Source of the DNA: Minisyncoccota bacterium
GTDB taxonomy: Bacteria > Patescibacteriota > Minisyncoccia > Phycocordibacterales > UBA9973
Length of the DNA: 51,785 nt
Assembly: GCA_031413715.1 (NCBI GenBank)
Contig: JANOFO010000001.1
Location: 1 to 51,785 of the forward strand
Reading direction: 5' to 3'
The notes under the pieces are model-generated. The model saw only the letters and a list, made by a program, of their open reading frames with translations. It was not told the DNA's origin and ran no database searches. The position numbers were made by a program, and so were the translations under genes. Below are positions 29,061 through 39,892 of this stretch, piece by piece; position 1 is the first letter of the stretch; each line of letters opens with the position of its first letter.

Positions 29061-30995
29061 TATAATCAGCATAAGCGATCGCTTGCATTGATTATAATCA
29101 TATGAACTCCGAAACAAAAAAATGCCAGAATTGTAAAAATAACTTCACAATAGAACCTGAAGATTTTTCATTTTACGAAAAAATAAAAGTTCCTCCACCG
29201 ACATTTTGCTCAGAGTGTAGATTACAAAGACGATTGGCTTCTTATAATATTCGTACTCTCTATAGGCGAAATTGTACTAAATGTGACAAATCAATAGTGT
29301 CTATATATGCGGGCGATTCTGAATCAAAAGTATACTGTACTGAATGTTATTTTAACGATGATCTGGATCCATTTTCATATGGTAGAGATTATGATTTCTC
29401 TCGTCCATTTTTTGAACAATTTGCCCAATTAAGGAAAGACGTGCCCCAGTTGCATGTAAGACACTCAAACAATAATGGCGAAGGTTGCGAGTACGCGAAT
29501 TCCTCTTCAAACTCTTCCCATGTCTATCTTTCATATGGAGTTGTAGGATCAGAGCATATTTATTATGGGTATCTTATCAATAAAGCCAATCGAATGTGTG
29601 TTGATTGTTTAAATATTAAAAAAAATGAAATAGGGTATGAACTTGTAAATTCAACAGGTAATTTTCAGTGTTCTTACCTGACTGATTCTCTTCAATGTAT
29701 CGATTCGTCTTTTCTATTTAACTGCTTCAATTGTCAGAATTGTTTTATGAGTAGTAATTTGCGTAACAAAATTTATTGTTTCAAGAACGAACAACTTTCA
29801 AAGGAAGAATATCATAAAAAAGTGGCGGAATTAAAAACTGGGAATATTGATAACTTTGAAAATCTTGTGAGTGAATATACTGAAATGCTCATGAAAGCTA
29901 TTCACTGCTATGCAACAATAATAAAATCTGAAGATTGCACAGGGGATATGATAGAGAATTGTAGCAATGTAAAATATTCTTTTAATGTGTGGGGTTGTCA
30001 AAACTTAAAATATACAGCATTTTTAATGAATTTAAATTCAGATTCTTATGATCTAACAGTCTCTGGAAAAGGAGAAAGGACATACGAATTAGTTACGAGT
30101 GGTGGGGGTAATTTTGATTCTAAATTTTGTCATAGGGCACAAGGTGGATCAAATGTAGAGTATAGCGATACCTGTAAAGGGGTAAATAGTTTGTTTGGAT
30201 GTGTTGGAATTCGAAATAAAGATTATTGTATTTTAAATAAACAGTATGCAAAGGAAGAATTTGAGATACTTCGAAAAAAAATCATTGCGCACATGATTGA
30301 AATGCCCTACGTAGATAAAATAGGTAGAACATATGCTTATGGAGAATATTTCCCAATAGAAATTTCTCAAGCGGCTTATAACGAAACCTTAGCAATAGAA
30401 CAATTTCCACTTTCAAAAGAAGAGGCTCTACAGCAAGGGTATAAATGGCGCGATATGATAAATAAAGATCATGAGACTACTATCGATACTACGCAATTAG
30501 AGAAAGATATAAAAGATGTTACAGATGGTATTTTTAAACACACTATTTTGTGTCGACATGAAGGTGTATGTGGTCACCAATGTACAAGGGGATATAGGAT
30601 AATAAAAGAGGAACTTGATTTTTATAGACAAATGAATTTACCTCTTCCAAGATTTTGTCCTAATTGTCGCTATCATGAAAGGTTGAAAAGGAGAAATCCA
30701 TGGAAGCTCTGGAAAAGATCTTGCATGTGTACGCTATTAAATCATACTCATGAAAGCAAGTGTCATAATGAATTTGAAACAGCATATAGCCCAGAGAGTA
30801 AAGTGTTAATTTTTTGTAAAAGTTGTTATCAACAAGAAGTAATCTAATATAATCAACACAAGCGATCGCTTGCATTGATTATAATCATATGAACTCCGAA
30901 ACAAAAAAATGCCAGAATTGTAAAAATAACTTCACAATAGAGCCTGAAGATTTTTCATTTTACGAAAAAATAAAAGTTCCTCCACCGACGTTTTG
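29061..30995 (+). repeat. 148-bp direct repeat (29061-29208, 30848-30995) starting with a 36-bp imperfect palindrome
   Basis: Four mismatches by manual alignment; core AAGCGATCGCTT flanked by TATAATCA/TGATTATA. Confidence 0.92.
29102..30847 (+). CDS. Cys-rich protein, paralogue 2
   Basis: Same architecture as 21694-23382. Confidence 0.85.
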   Translation: MNSETKKCQNCKNNFTIEPEDFSFYEKIKVPPPTFCSECRLQRRLASYNIRTLYRRNCTKCDKSIVSIYAGDSESKVYCTECYFNDDLDPFSYGRDYDFSRPFFEQFAQLRKDVPQLHVRHSNNNGEGCEYANSSSNSSHVYLSYGVVGSEHIYYGYLINKANRMCVDCLNIKKNEIGYELVNSTGNFQCSYLTDSLQCIDSSFLFNCFNCQNCFMSSNLRNKIYCFKNEQLSKEEYHKKVAELKTGNIDNFENLVSEYTEMLMKAIHCYATIIKSEDCTGDMIENCSNVKYSFNVWGCQNLKYTAFLMNLNSDSYDLTVSGKGERTYELVTSGGGNFDSKFCHRAQGGSNVEYSDTCKGVNSLFGCVGIRNKDYCILNKQYAKEEFEILRKKIIAHMIEMPYVDKIGRTYAYGEYFPIEISQAAYNETLAIEQFPLSKEEALQQGYKWRDMINKDHETTIDTTQLEKDIKDVTDGIFKHTILCRHEGVCGHQCTRGYRIIKEELDFYRQMNLPLPRFCPNCRYHERLKRRNPWKLWKRSCMCTLLNHTHESKCHNEFETAYSPESKVLIFCKSCYQQEVI

Positions 30996-32625
30996 TCCGG
31001 AATGCTCGCATCAGCGCCGATTTGCGTGGCGTAATACACATGCACTTTACCATCGAAAAGATTCGATAACCGGAAAAGATATAGTATCGATCTATCATCC
31101 CGATACGAAGATGAATGTCGTAGATCAAAAATATTGGTGGAGTGACGAATGGGATCCTTTTGATTATTCGAGAGAGTATGATTTCTCAAGACCATTTTTC
31201 ACTCAATGGAAAGAATTACGAGATACCATTCCTTTTCAAGCACTTTCTAATTCAAAAGCAGTGAATAGCGAATATTGTAACGTAGCCGAAGAAAGTTATG
31301 ATTGTTACCTTATTTCTGCTTGTTGGAAGAATGAACGTGTAATGTATTCAGATTCAGTACTAGAAGTTAAAGATTCTTCTGATTTATATATAGTTCAAAA
31401 AAGCGAATTTTGTTATGAAGACATGTATTGCACTAATTCGTCAAATATTTTTTATTGTGAACAAACAAACTCTTCTATTGACTCATACTTTCTCTATGAT
31501 TGTCATGGATGTGTAAATTGTTTTATGTCTTCAAATTTACATAATAAAAGTTATATGTTTGAGAATGTACAATATTCAAAAGAAGATTATTTTAAAAAAT
31601 TATCTCAATATAATCTTGGAAGTTATAAAACCATAGAAGTATTAAAAGAACAGTTTAAAATCCTGAAATTAAAATCATTACACAAATACGCTACAATTAT
31701 AAAAAGTAATAATGTAACGGGGGATCATCTAAGTAACGTTGTGGATAGTCAATATATTTTTGATGGATCAAATAATGTTAAAAACTGTAAGTATCTTTTT
31801 TGGGTAACTTATAATATTTTTGATTGTTATTATTGTAATGCAATTGGAATGCTTGAAAATAGTTTTGAAATGAATGACTCTGGAGTAGGAGGATCAAATT
31901 GTAATTTTTCGAGCGTAGTCTACGATTCTAGAAGTATTGAATATTCTTTCAATTGTTATAATAGTAATGATTTATTTGGATGTATTGGCTTGCGTAATAA
32001 ATCTTATTGCATTTTAAATAAACAATATTCAAAAGAAGAATATTTTAAATTATTGCCTAAAATTATAGAACATATGAATAATATGCCATATTTTGACAAA
32101 TTAAAGAGAGTATATAAATATGGTGAATTTTTCCCAATTGAACTTTCTCCATTTGCATATAATGAGACATTAGCCAATAATTTTTTTCCACTCACAAAGG
32201 AACAAATAAAAGAGAAAGGCTTTTTGTATAGAGACAAGGAAGAAAAGCAGTATATGCCAACTTTAACTACTGACAATATTCCAGATCAAATTTCAGACAT
32301 AGAAGATTCGATACTTGATCAGGTTATTTCATGTGATACACTCCCAGACTCAGATCGTTGCACGATAGCTTTTAAGATCATTAAAGATGAGCTTATCTTT
32401 TATAAGAGGTTTAATATACCAATTCCACGACAATGTTACCAATGCCGACACAAAGCTCGGTTTAATAAAAGAACGCCTCTTGAACTCTGGCACAGATCTT
32501 GTATGTGCGATAAAGAAGGTCATGTCCACATGGGGAAGTGTACAAATGAATTTGAAACTAGTTATTCTCCCGAGAGGCCGGAGATTATATACTGTGAAAA
32601 GTGCTATCAAGCAGAAGTCATGTGA
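30889..32625 (+). CDS. Cys-rich protein, paralogue 3
   Basis: Same architecture; first 36 aa identical to paralogue 2. Confidence 0.85.
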   Translation: MNSETKKCQNCKNNFTIEPEDFSFYEKIKVPPPTFCPECSHQRRFAWRNTHALYHRKDSITGKDIVSIYHPDTKMNVVDQKYWWSDEWDPFDYSREYDFSRPFFTQWKELRDTIPFQALSNSKAVNSEYCNVAEESYDCYLISACWKNERVMYSDSVLEVKDSSDLYIVQKSEFCYEDMYCTNSSNIFYCEQTNSSIDSYFLYDCHGCVNCFMSSNLHNKSYMFENVQYSKEDYFKKLSQYNLGSYKTIEVLKEQFKILKLKSLHKYATIIKSNNVTGDHLSNVVDSQYIFDGSNNVKNCKYLFWVTYNIFDCYYCNAIGMLENSFEMNDSGVGGSNCNFSSVVYDSRSIEYSFNCYNSNDLFGCIGLRNKSYCILNKQYSKEEYFKLLPKIIEHMNNMPYFDKLKRVYKYGEFFPIELSPFAYNETLANNFFPLTKEQIKEKGFLYRDKEEKQYMPTLTTDNIPDQISDIEDSILDQVISCDTLPDSDRCTIAFKIIKDELIFYKRFNIPIPRQCYQCRHKARFNKRTPLELWHRSCMCDKEGHVHMGKCTNEFETSYSPERPEIIYCEKCYQAEVM

Positions 32626-32637
32626 TATAATATCCTT

Positions 32638-34392
32638 ATGCATGTTGATGAGAAAAGTATCATAGATCTTCTAAATAGTTCGGGGCTCGTCAGTAAAACT
32701 GATGTGGCCATGGCGCTCAAAAAATCAAAAGAGATGAGCCAATCCATCGGCTCGATACTTGTGAGCGACGGTAAACTCACAGAAAAGGATTGGAATAGTA
32801 TGCAAGCGGTCTCGCTCGGCATTCCTTTTGTGAGTCTAAAAGGCGAGAAGATTGATCCAGAAGTGCTCTTGCTAATACCTGAGCCGATTGCTCGCAACAA
32901 TAATATCATTGCTTACAAGAAGAGTAAGGCTGGCCTCGAAGTGGCTATGCTTGATGTGGACAATCTGTCGGTCATAGACTTTATCAAGAAAAAAGTTGGC
33001 GCAAAGATTCTACCTCGCCTGACAAGCTCGGATTCTATAAAGGAAGCACTTGGTCAATACAAGAAAAGCCTACAAGCTGACTTTGAAGATATCATTAAAA
33101 AAGAGAGTTCTTCCATCAAGCCCGTTTCAGAAGGGGGCACTGGGGAGGAAAAATCAGCAAAAGAACTACAGGCGCTTGCCGAAGATCTACCGATCGTCAA
33201 AATTGTCGATACCCTTATCTCTCACGCGATTCTCCAAGGCGCATCCGATGTCCATATAGAACCAGGGGAGACATCGCTCATAGTCCGATATCGTATTGAC
33301 GGCATTCTCCACGATGCCATGGTCTTGCCGAAAGACACGGCTTCTGGAATAGTTGCTCGTATCAAGGTGCTTTCAAATCTGAAGCTCGACGAGAAAAGAT
33401 TGCCGCAAGACGGACGTTTTAAGATTTCAAATGATGATGGCAATGTATCCTTCCGTGTATCGACACTGCCAACCTATTTCGGAGAGAAGACGGTTATCCG
33501 TATTTTGAGAGAAAACTCTAAAGGATTTTCACTCGAGACACTTGGCTTTCATGGCGAGGCTCTAGAGCGAATTCACGACGGCATGAAACAACGCATCGGA
33601 ATGCTTCTCTGTGCAGGGCCTACTGGTTCGGGTAAGACGACGACACTCTATACAGTCCTCGATATCTTGAATACTCCAGATGTGAACATTTCCACAGTAG
33701 AGGATCCGATCGAGTACCAGATGGCGCGCATCAACCAGACTCAAACAAAAGCAGAAATAGGACTTACATTCGCTAATGGGCTTCGCACACTTCTTCGTCA
33801 GGATCCTGATATCATCATGGTGGGAGAGATCCGTGATGGCGAGACGGCCGGCCTTGCAGTCAATGCTGCGCTCACCGGTCACCTGGTTCTCTCTACAATA
33901 CATACGAACTCAGCAGCTGGAGCGATCCCCCGCATGATAGATATGGGAGTCGAGCCTTTTCTTATCGTCTCAACAGTCAAAACTGTTATCGCCCAGCGCT
34001 TGGTCCGAGTCCTTGCTCCTAATAAAGAGAAATATTTCCTCTCAGATGCTGAGAAGAAATCTCTCGAGAAGCTGATAGATTTGGGTCGCATGCTTGAAAT
34101 ATTAAAGAAAGAAAAAATAGTGCCTAATGATGCCACATGGGCGACGATACCGTTCTATAAACCAGTACCAAACGAAGAATTTGAATCTGGTTACAAGGGC
34201 CGTTTGGGTATACATGAAGTAATGAAAGTGACTTCAACACTTAAAGAACTGATATTGAAGGGCGCGCCAATGGACACAATAGAAAAACAAGCCAAAGAAG
34301 AGGGTATGATGACGATGCTTGAAGACGGTATATTCCTCGCTTGCCAAGGCAGGACTTCCACTGAAGAAGTTTTGCGCGTGGTTTCCGAGTAG
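32638..34392 (+). CDS. pilB: Type IV pilus assembly ATPase PilB/GspE
   Basis: ASDVHIEP, RLPQDGR, GPTGSGKTT, LRQDPDIIMVGEIRD, GHLVLSTIHTN. Confidence 0.95.
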   Translation: MHVDEKSIIDLLNSSGLVSKTDVAMALKKSKEMSQSIGSILVSDGKLTEKDWNSMQAVSLGIPFVSLKGEKIDPEVLLLIPEPIARNNNIIAYKKSKAGLEVAMLDVDNLSVIDFIKKKVGAKILPRLTSSDSIKEALGQYKKSLQADFEDIIKKESSSIKPVSEGGTGEEKSAKELQALAEDLPIVKIVDTLISHAILQGASDVHIEPGETSLIVRYRIDGILHDAMVLPKDTASGIVARIKVLSNLKLDEKRLPQDGRFKISNDDGNVSFRVSTLPTYFGEKTVIRILRENSKGFSLETLGFHGEALERIHDGMKQRIGMLLCAGPTGSGKTTTLYTVLDILNTPDVNISTVEDPIEYQMARINQTQTKAEIGLTFANGLRTLLRQDPDIIMVGEIRDGETAGLAVNAALTGHLVLSTIHTNSAAGAIPRMIDMGVEPFLIVSTVKTVIAQRLVRVLAPNKEKYFLSDAEKKSLEKLIDLGRMLEILKKEKIVPNDATWATIPFYKPVPNEEFESGYKGRLGIHEVMKVTSTLKELILKGAPMDTIEKQAKEEGMMTMLEDGIFLACQGRTSTEEVLRVVSE

Positions 34393-34395
34393 ATT

Positions 34396-35607
34396 ATGAA
34401 ATTTAAATACAAAACACAAACAAAAGATCGAGGTATCATTGAAGGTATAAAAGAATCACCTGACAAATTTACGCTTGCCCGCGAGCTTCGAGATCAAGGC
34501 GACATACCCCTGTCTATAGTGGAAGCTAGTGATAAAAAAAAGTTTTCTCTGAAAATAAATTTGTTCAGTCATGTTTCTCTCAGGGAGAAGATAGTATTTA
34601 CCAATAACCTTGGCGGCATGCTCACTGCAGGTCTGTCTTTGACTCGCGCACTCTCTATCTTGGAAAAGCAAACCAAGAATCCCTCGCTTACAAAAGTCCT
34701 CACAAGCATCATCGATGATATCAATCGCGGTAATACCTTATCAGATGGGATGAAGAAGTTTCCCAAAGTATTCTCTGGACTCTTTGTCTCCATGGTCCAT
34801 TCTGGCGAAGAATCCGGGGGATTACCGCAAGCACTTTCTGAGGTTGGGCTTAACCTAAAGAAATCGTACGACTTAAACAAGAAAATCAAAGGAGCCCTCA
34901 TGTATCCGTCAATTATCCTAGTCGCTATTTTCTTGATTGGAATACTTATGATGATATTTGTTGTACCAACGCTAACAAAAACATTTAAAGATCTAGGAGG
35001 AGAACTTCCTAGTTCTACCAAGTTCGTCATTTGGCTCTCGGACACAATAAGTCAGCATACGCTTCTTTTCCTATTTGTTATCGGATGTATTGTTGGCTTC
35101 TTTGTACTTTTTGCTAGACTTGAGATTACCCGTAAATATTTTGATTACATAGTTTTACGCTTACCTATCGTCGGTGGGATTGCCAAGGAGGTCAACACTG
35201 CTCGTACTGCTCGAACGCTATCCTCACTCCTCTCCTCGGGAGTCAATCTCTCTCGAGCTCTTAACATAACCGAGGAAGTTCTCCAAAATCTTTATTATAA
35301 AAGGCTGATTCGCCAAGCGATTGTATCAATTGAGAAAGGATCCGCCCTTTCAGCATCTTTCAAAGGCGATACCTTTCTTTATCCTGTCATGATGGGGGAG
35401 ATGATCGAGGTGGGCGAAGAAACGGGAAATCTCTCCAAAATGCTTCTTGATATTGCAGTATTTTATGAATCCGAAGTCGATAACAAGACAAAAGATCTCT
35501 CTACTATCATAGAGCCTGTACTTATGGTTTTCATCGGTGGGGCTGTTGGATTCTTCGCTGTCTCGATGATCTCGCCTATGTATTCGGTTATGAACGCTAT
35601 CAAATAA
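34396..35607 (+). CDS. pilC: Type IV pilus platform protein PilC/GspF
   Basis: GEESGGL, ALMYP, GEETGNL, IIEP. Confidence 0.95.
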   Translation: MKFKYKTQTKDRGIIEGIKESPDKFTLARELRDQGDIPLSIVEASDKKKFSLKINLFSHVSLREKIVFTNNLGGMLTAGLSLTRALSILEKQTKNPSLTKVLTSIIDDINRGNTLSDGMKKFPKVFSGLFVSMVHSGEESGGLPQALSEVGLNLKKSYDLNKKIKGALMYPSIILVAIFLIGILMMIFVVPTLTKTFKDLGGELPSSTKFVIWLSDTISQHTLLFLFVIGCIVGFFVLFARLEITRKYFDYIVLRLPIVGGIAKEVNTARTARTLSSLLSSGVNLSRALNITEEVLQNLYYKRLIRQAIVSIEKGSALSASFKGDTFLYPVMMGEMIEVGEETGNLSKMLLDIAVFYESEVDNKTKDLSTIIEPVLMVFIGGAVGFFAVSMISPMYSVMNAIK

Positions 35608-35610
35608 GAA

Positions 35611-35952
35611 TCACTGTTTCTTTTTGAGTTTTATATACGCAAAGATGAATATAATAATCGTTAAAGGAATGATTATCCACCAGAGAAAAGACGATGAACC
35701 GCGCTCTGGCTGATCATCAGTAGAAGACTCCTGTATAGGCATTATTTGATCGATCGGTTCCTCTATGGATGTCGGAGCAGAAGGATCCACGGTAGAGTTC
35801 ACATTACCAGAAACATTGGGATATGCATTTTGAGGTATTGGTTGGAGTGATTTGCTGTCTGGGAATATAGCTCTCTTTGCTGCCAAAGTGGGCGTACTAT
35901 TGATGGTAAAAATTCCTAGTAAAATTATTATAACCGAAAGTATTTTTTTCAT
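35611..35952 (-). CDS. Small exported protein with C-terminal TM anchor
   Basis: Signal peptide, Pro/Ser linker, TM plus KKKQ tail. Confidence 0.65.
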   Translation of the reverse strand: MKKILSVIIILLGIFTINSTPTLAAKRAIFPDSKSLQPIPQNAYPNVSGNVNSTVDPSAPTSIEEPIDQIMPIQESSTDDQPERGSSSFLWWIIIPLTIIIFIFAYIKLKKKQ

Positions 35953-35964
35953 GCCTCATTATTA

Positions 35965-37368
35965 TTAATTGCTAATCCAGCTTAATTGCTTGTAACCTGC
36001 AGACGAGAGAGGGAAGCTCGGAGGTGGAGCGTAGAGAAGATTGTTATCGTACGTGCTGATAGTATTCGTAAATCCTGATACATTATTACCACTACCATTT
36101 ACCCAAGTCCATGTCCATTGTCCGAAGGTCATGATAGATCCATATATCGTAATACTATTTTTTATTGGCGGATTGGTCTTGTAGAGAAGAAATTGAGTAC
36201 TTCCATTCTGTGAGATAAGCGCAGCATCGATTTCTAAATTTGTCGGAGCACTTGGAGTAACAATAATATCTTTCTGAGAGAGGAGTCCTAGAACATGAGT
36301 GCCATCTTTAGCAAGGTAGGTGAGATTTTTTGGTAAATATATATTTGGCGCTGTTGTTGCTATATAAGGAAGTTTAGCCGCTGCAACCATAACCCTGCCA
36401 TTGACTGTGCCTTCTACCCACGTATTATCTTCTATATACATAATGCCGTTAGCAGGCATTGCTACAGTGTATTGAAGACTTCTGTTGTTGTAATCAATAT
36501 TTTCATTATGAGCTATATTATTCACATCCCAGCCAGTCGGAGTATCTATGAGAGAGGTAACTTTATAGATTGAAACGGTTCCGGCACTGTTGAATACCAA
36601 TGAATAGCCGTTGGTATTTGATGGCGGTAAATATATTCCACCAGCTAGGGCCAGTGTTTTCATATTAGCCAAGTTTGAAGTAAGGGCTGAGAAATCTACA
36701 GCTGGTACGGGGAACTGCCAAAAATTCTTGACCGCCTGAGTAGCGGAACCCCAGATTCCATTCCTCGTTGCAGGACAAGGGCTGCCTTGGCTAGACGGAC
36801 ATGTATATGTGGACTTTACAGATCCTATTGGGGCGTTGCCCATTCCGTCAAAGCGTATGCCGTTGTTGGATTGCATTTGACCATTAACTGTCTCACTTGA
36901 GCCGATCCAGATGACGTCATTAGAAAGGAATGAGTATACAGCCAAAGATGGAATACCATATCTGGCTGTAATTGTCCGTTTAGCTGAAGGATTGAGTGTA
37001 GTCCAGCCTGTGGATTCGATCATGACTATTGTAGAACCATTAGTCGGTTGCGTTATAACAAGAGAGTACTGGCCGACTACAGCTTGAGTGTCTGTATCTA
37101 TATAGTTGTGAACATACGGTCCACTGGCGCCCGTCCCGTCTTTATAATCAGTAGGATAGTGAGCCAAGTGCCACTGATAGTAGTTGATTCCAGCCTCAGC
37201 GATCTGTAAGGCCTGCTCTCTAACCGCATTTACTTTTATAGATTTACTTACTAACGCAACCCAATTGATGATAGGGAACATCGTTACAGAAAAAATAAAA
37301 ATAATAAAAAGCAGAAGTAGTATTACTTGCCCACTATTTGATTTCTTCGTTTTGGTATTCATTTTCAT
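35965..37368 (-). CDS. PilX-like minor pilin
   Basis: SG|QVILLLL prepilin-like site; QALQIAEAGI. Confidence 0.8.
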   Translation of the reverse strand: MKMNTKTKKSNSGQVILLLLFIIFIFSVTMFPIINWVALVSKSIKVNAVREQALQIAEAGINYYQWHLAHYPTDYKDGTGASGPYVHNYIDTDTQAVVGQYSLVITQPTNGSTIVMIESTGWTTLNPSAKRTITARYGIPSLAVYSFLSNDVIWIGSSETVNGQMQSNNGIRFDGMGNAPIGSVKSTYTCPSSQGSPCPATRNGIWGSATQAVKNFWQFPVPAVDFSALTSNLANMKTLALAGGIYLPPSNTNGYSLVFNSAGTVSIYKVTSLIDTPTGWDVNNIAHNENIDYNNRSLQYTVAMPANGIMYIEDNTWVEGTVNGRVMVAAAKLPYIATTAPNIYLPKNLTYLAKDGTHVLGLLSQKDIIVTPSAPTNLEIDAALISQNGSTQFLLYKTNPPIKNSITIYGSIMTFGQWTWTWVNGSGNNVSGFTNTISTYDNNLLYAPPPSFPLSSAGYKQLSWISN

Positions 37369-37371
37369 TGA

Positions 37372-38019
37372 TTAGTTTCCTAAATTAGTTTTCAAGTTTC
37401 TAATCGCTGCTCCTCCGCTAATCGTAAATGTACTGGTCGAAGCGGCAGCAGCTTGCTTGAGCACAATCAGATTCATCTTTATGAATTTAACCTGATTGAT
37501 ATTGACTGGCTGAGTAATAGGGTTCCCTGATCCATTATAATTCCCATCGTAATAATAAAATAGCGGACTTACTCCGAGCGACATATCAGTAATAAGCTTA
37601 GTGATGACCTCGGTTCCATTATATGATAGGGGATTACCCGACGGATCAGTTACTCCCTTATAGAGTGCACCAGAAGATATATAGTATCTCACCTTCGATA
37701 CTACTCCGTTTCCTTTGGGTGAAGTTGAAAAAAATATTATCTGAGTATCACCAGCTGAAGCCACCGGGTAAGCTCCATTTATGCCATAAGCTCCGTTGCG
37801 GAGTTCATTCATAAAAGTATTAGCTACTCTCTTTGCCTGATCTATGTTGTTGAGTACCAATCCTTGTTGCTTGCTAAATGTGAGGATATTTTTCATCAAT
37901 AGTGTTGTTCCCATCATTAAAATTCCCGAGACAAATATGACCACGAGAGTTTCTGCAAGGGTAAATCCTCCCTGGCGCGAGCCGCGGCTTCCGTATTTTG
38001 TTTTTAGGAATTTATTCAT
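37372..38019 (-). CDS. Prepilin-type (PilW/PulJ-like) minor pilin
   Basis: G|FTLAE methylation motif. Confidence 0.85.
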   Translation of the reverse strand: MNKFLKTKYGSRGSRQGGFTLAETLVVIFVSGILMMGTTLLMKNILTFSKQQGLVLNNIDQAKRVANTFMNELRNGAYGINGAYPVASAGDTQIIFFSTSPKGNGVVSKVRYYISSGALYKGVTDPSGNPLSYNGTEVITKLITDMSLGVSPLFYYYDGNYNGSGNPITQPVNINQVKFIKMNLIVLKQAAAASTSTFTISGGAAIRNLKTNLGN

Positions 38020-38023
38020 AATG

Positions 38024-39847
38024 TTAATTAGACGTTAGTGATATTGATAGTGTTTGATATCCGTCCACATCTAGATCGGTAATCGTCTTTGTCAGGTAAC
38101 CGGGCATACTTATATCTAGTTGATAATTCGATGACGAAGCGATTCCAGGGAAAATCACTTGTCCTGGAGTGAAACATCCTGAAACGTAATTTATGCCTAT
38201 GCTCGTGAGCGTTGGGTTTTTAGATGTATCAGTCGTAGATAGGTAAGCCTTGTACCGCACGTATCTGTTTGAATTGTGGGCACTACTAATAGTTATTCCT
38301 GGTGTTGTATAGTATGTTGTACCCGTTCCGTCTGGACCAATAAAATTCCAGGTTTCATTATCATTGTTACTAGCGATTTGAAATTTTACCTCTGTTGCAG
38401 GATCCTGAGAGGTTGGTTGCCAATTGAGCGTGGTATACGAAGTGAGAGAACTTCCTGTATCGAACGTGGAAGATGTGAGTGATCCGCTGTTGACCAAGGT
38501 AGTACCGTTGCTGTTTACCAATCGTACAGCTAGTGGCGTGTCGGTAGTACTTATCCCTCCATCATCTGACCAGTATTTTAGAATATTACTCCAATCAGCT
38601 TGCCCGGAACCGCTACTCCACTCTTCTTGATTCCAAAGACTTCCACCTGTTATCAAACTAGTATCAAAAGTTAACCCCGGATTTGTTAATTGAACGGTTG
38701 CCCCCTCTATAGGATTGCCGGTTGAGCCATCTTTAACGATTATAAGTAAACTATGTGCGGTGTTATCACCTAAAATTAAATTGAATGTCTGAGTAGTGTT
38801 TGGCAAGAGGTTGATCTGTTGGATCGGAGAAGATCCATAAATCATATACGTAGTGCCAGTAAGAGCCGGAGTATAATTATCCCACTCGGTATTGCTGAGT
38901 TGTATCTGTCCGCTACTATTTGATGTATATGTATTATCGAACTTCAAAACATTTGGAGTACCGATTAGTTTCGCTCCTTTTATCCCAAGCCCTACTGATC
39001 CTATAGCAGTGCATGTTTGATTGAGAGTATTGAATGTCAAACCACTCGTTTGATCTATGGCGAAACTGATTTGGGTGACTTGACCATCCAATATTGTGGC
39101 ATCTGGCTTGGTTGGATTTGGATTTGAAACACTTGTTGGATACGTCTGATCAGATGAATGACCGGCCTTCGTAACGGTTATGTGATAACTATTTGGACTA
39201 TCAGGAAGTCCGACTTCTATCCATCTACCCTGGGAGTCGCTTGTTCTTGTTAGGTTGATGCTTGGATTGATAGCTGTGTTTGTAATATTAATACTTGCTC
39301 CCGGTACTGGCTGACCGACAGCATTTATGATACTAAGCGACAGCGCCCCACCACTCGTCATGTTCTCAAGTCCAGTTGGTACAATATTTGTGACGAAATT
39401 TGTAATTACACTTGTCGTCGTATTTTTTACTGAGAGCTTGACTTGTTTGTAATCATTCGGCGCCGGATCTGTACCCAAGATTATCGTACCATCGGCTGGG
39501 TCATCAAAATAGGTAACCTCATAATAAATCTGATATGGTATAGCGCTTACTGTGACAGTTCCCGGGTTAGCAGAGTCCGGTAAAGTGCCATTCGGATTTC
39601 CTTGGGCTGTTCCGATCTGGGCGTATGCCACATTACGAGCAATTTCCAAATATTGACTGGCGAGATTAGATACTGTGGTGCTCTCCCAATTTTCTGTAGC
39701 TCCTTTTGAAACTATGGAAAATGTCTCATAGACGACACCTGCAAGCATGGCAAAAATAGCAATACCAATCATAGTCTCTATAAGTGTAAAACCTGCCTGC
39801 CAACAATGATAGTCTCTTGCACTCTCTATTTTTAAGAATTTGCTCAT
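38024..39847 (-). CDS. Large prepilin-type protein with carboxypeptidase-regulatory-like beta domains
   Basis: G|FTLIE; GQPVPGASI and TGNPIEGATV repeats. Start 39847 (or 39871). Confidence 0.82.
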   Translation of the reverse strand: MSKFLKIESARDYHCWQAGFTLIETMIGIAIFAMLAGVVYETFSIVSKGATENWESTTVSNLASQYLEIARNVAYAQIGTAQGNPNGTLPDSANPGTVTVSAIPYQIYYEVTYFDDPADGTIILGTDPAPNDYKQVKLSVKNTTTSVITNFVTNIVPTGLENMTSGGALSLSIINAVGQPVPGASINITNTAINPSINLTRTSDSQGRWIEVGLPDSPNSYHITVTKAGHSSDQTYPTSVSNPNPTKPDATILDGQVTQISFAIDQTSGLTFNTLNQTCTAIGSVGLGIKGAKLIGTPNVLKFDNTYTSNSSGQIQLSNTEWDNYTPALTGTTYMIYGSSPIQQINLLPNTTQTFNLILGDNTAHSLLIIVKDGSTGNPIEGATVQLTNPGLTFDTSLITGGSLWNQEEWSSGSGQADWSNILKYWSDDGGISTTDTPLAVRLVNSNGTTLVNSGSLTSSTFDTGSSLTSYTTLNWQPTSQDPATEVKFQIASNNDNETWNFIGPDGTGTTYYTTPGITISSAHNSNRYVRYKAYLSTTDTSKNPTLTSIGINYVSGCFTPGQVIFPGIASSSNYQLDISMPGYLTKTITDLDVDGYQTLSISLTSN

Positions 39848-39892
39848 AAGAATCTCTCTAAATTCTATCATATTTCATGGTATACTTACCAC

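Noticed and set aside
29061-30995. Diversity-generating retroelement TR/VR pair
   Set aside because: Mismatches (G/A, T/C, A/G, A/G) are not confined to adenines of one copy, the repeat is at gene 5' ends, and no reverse transcriptase is present.
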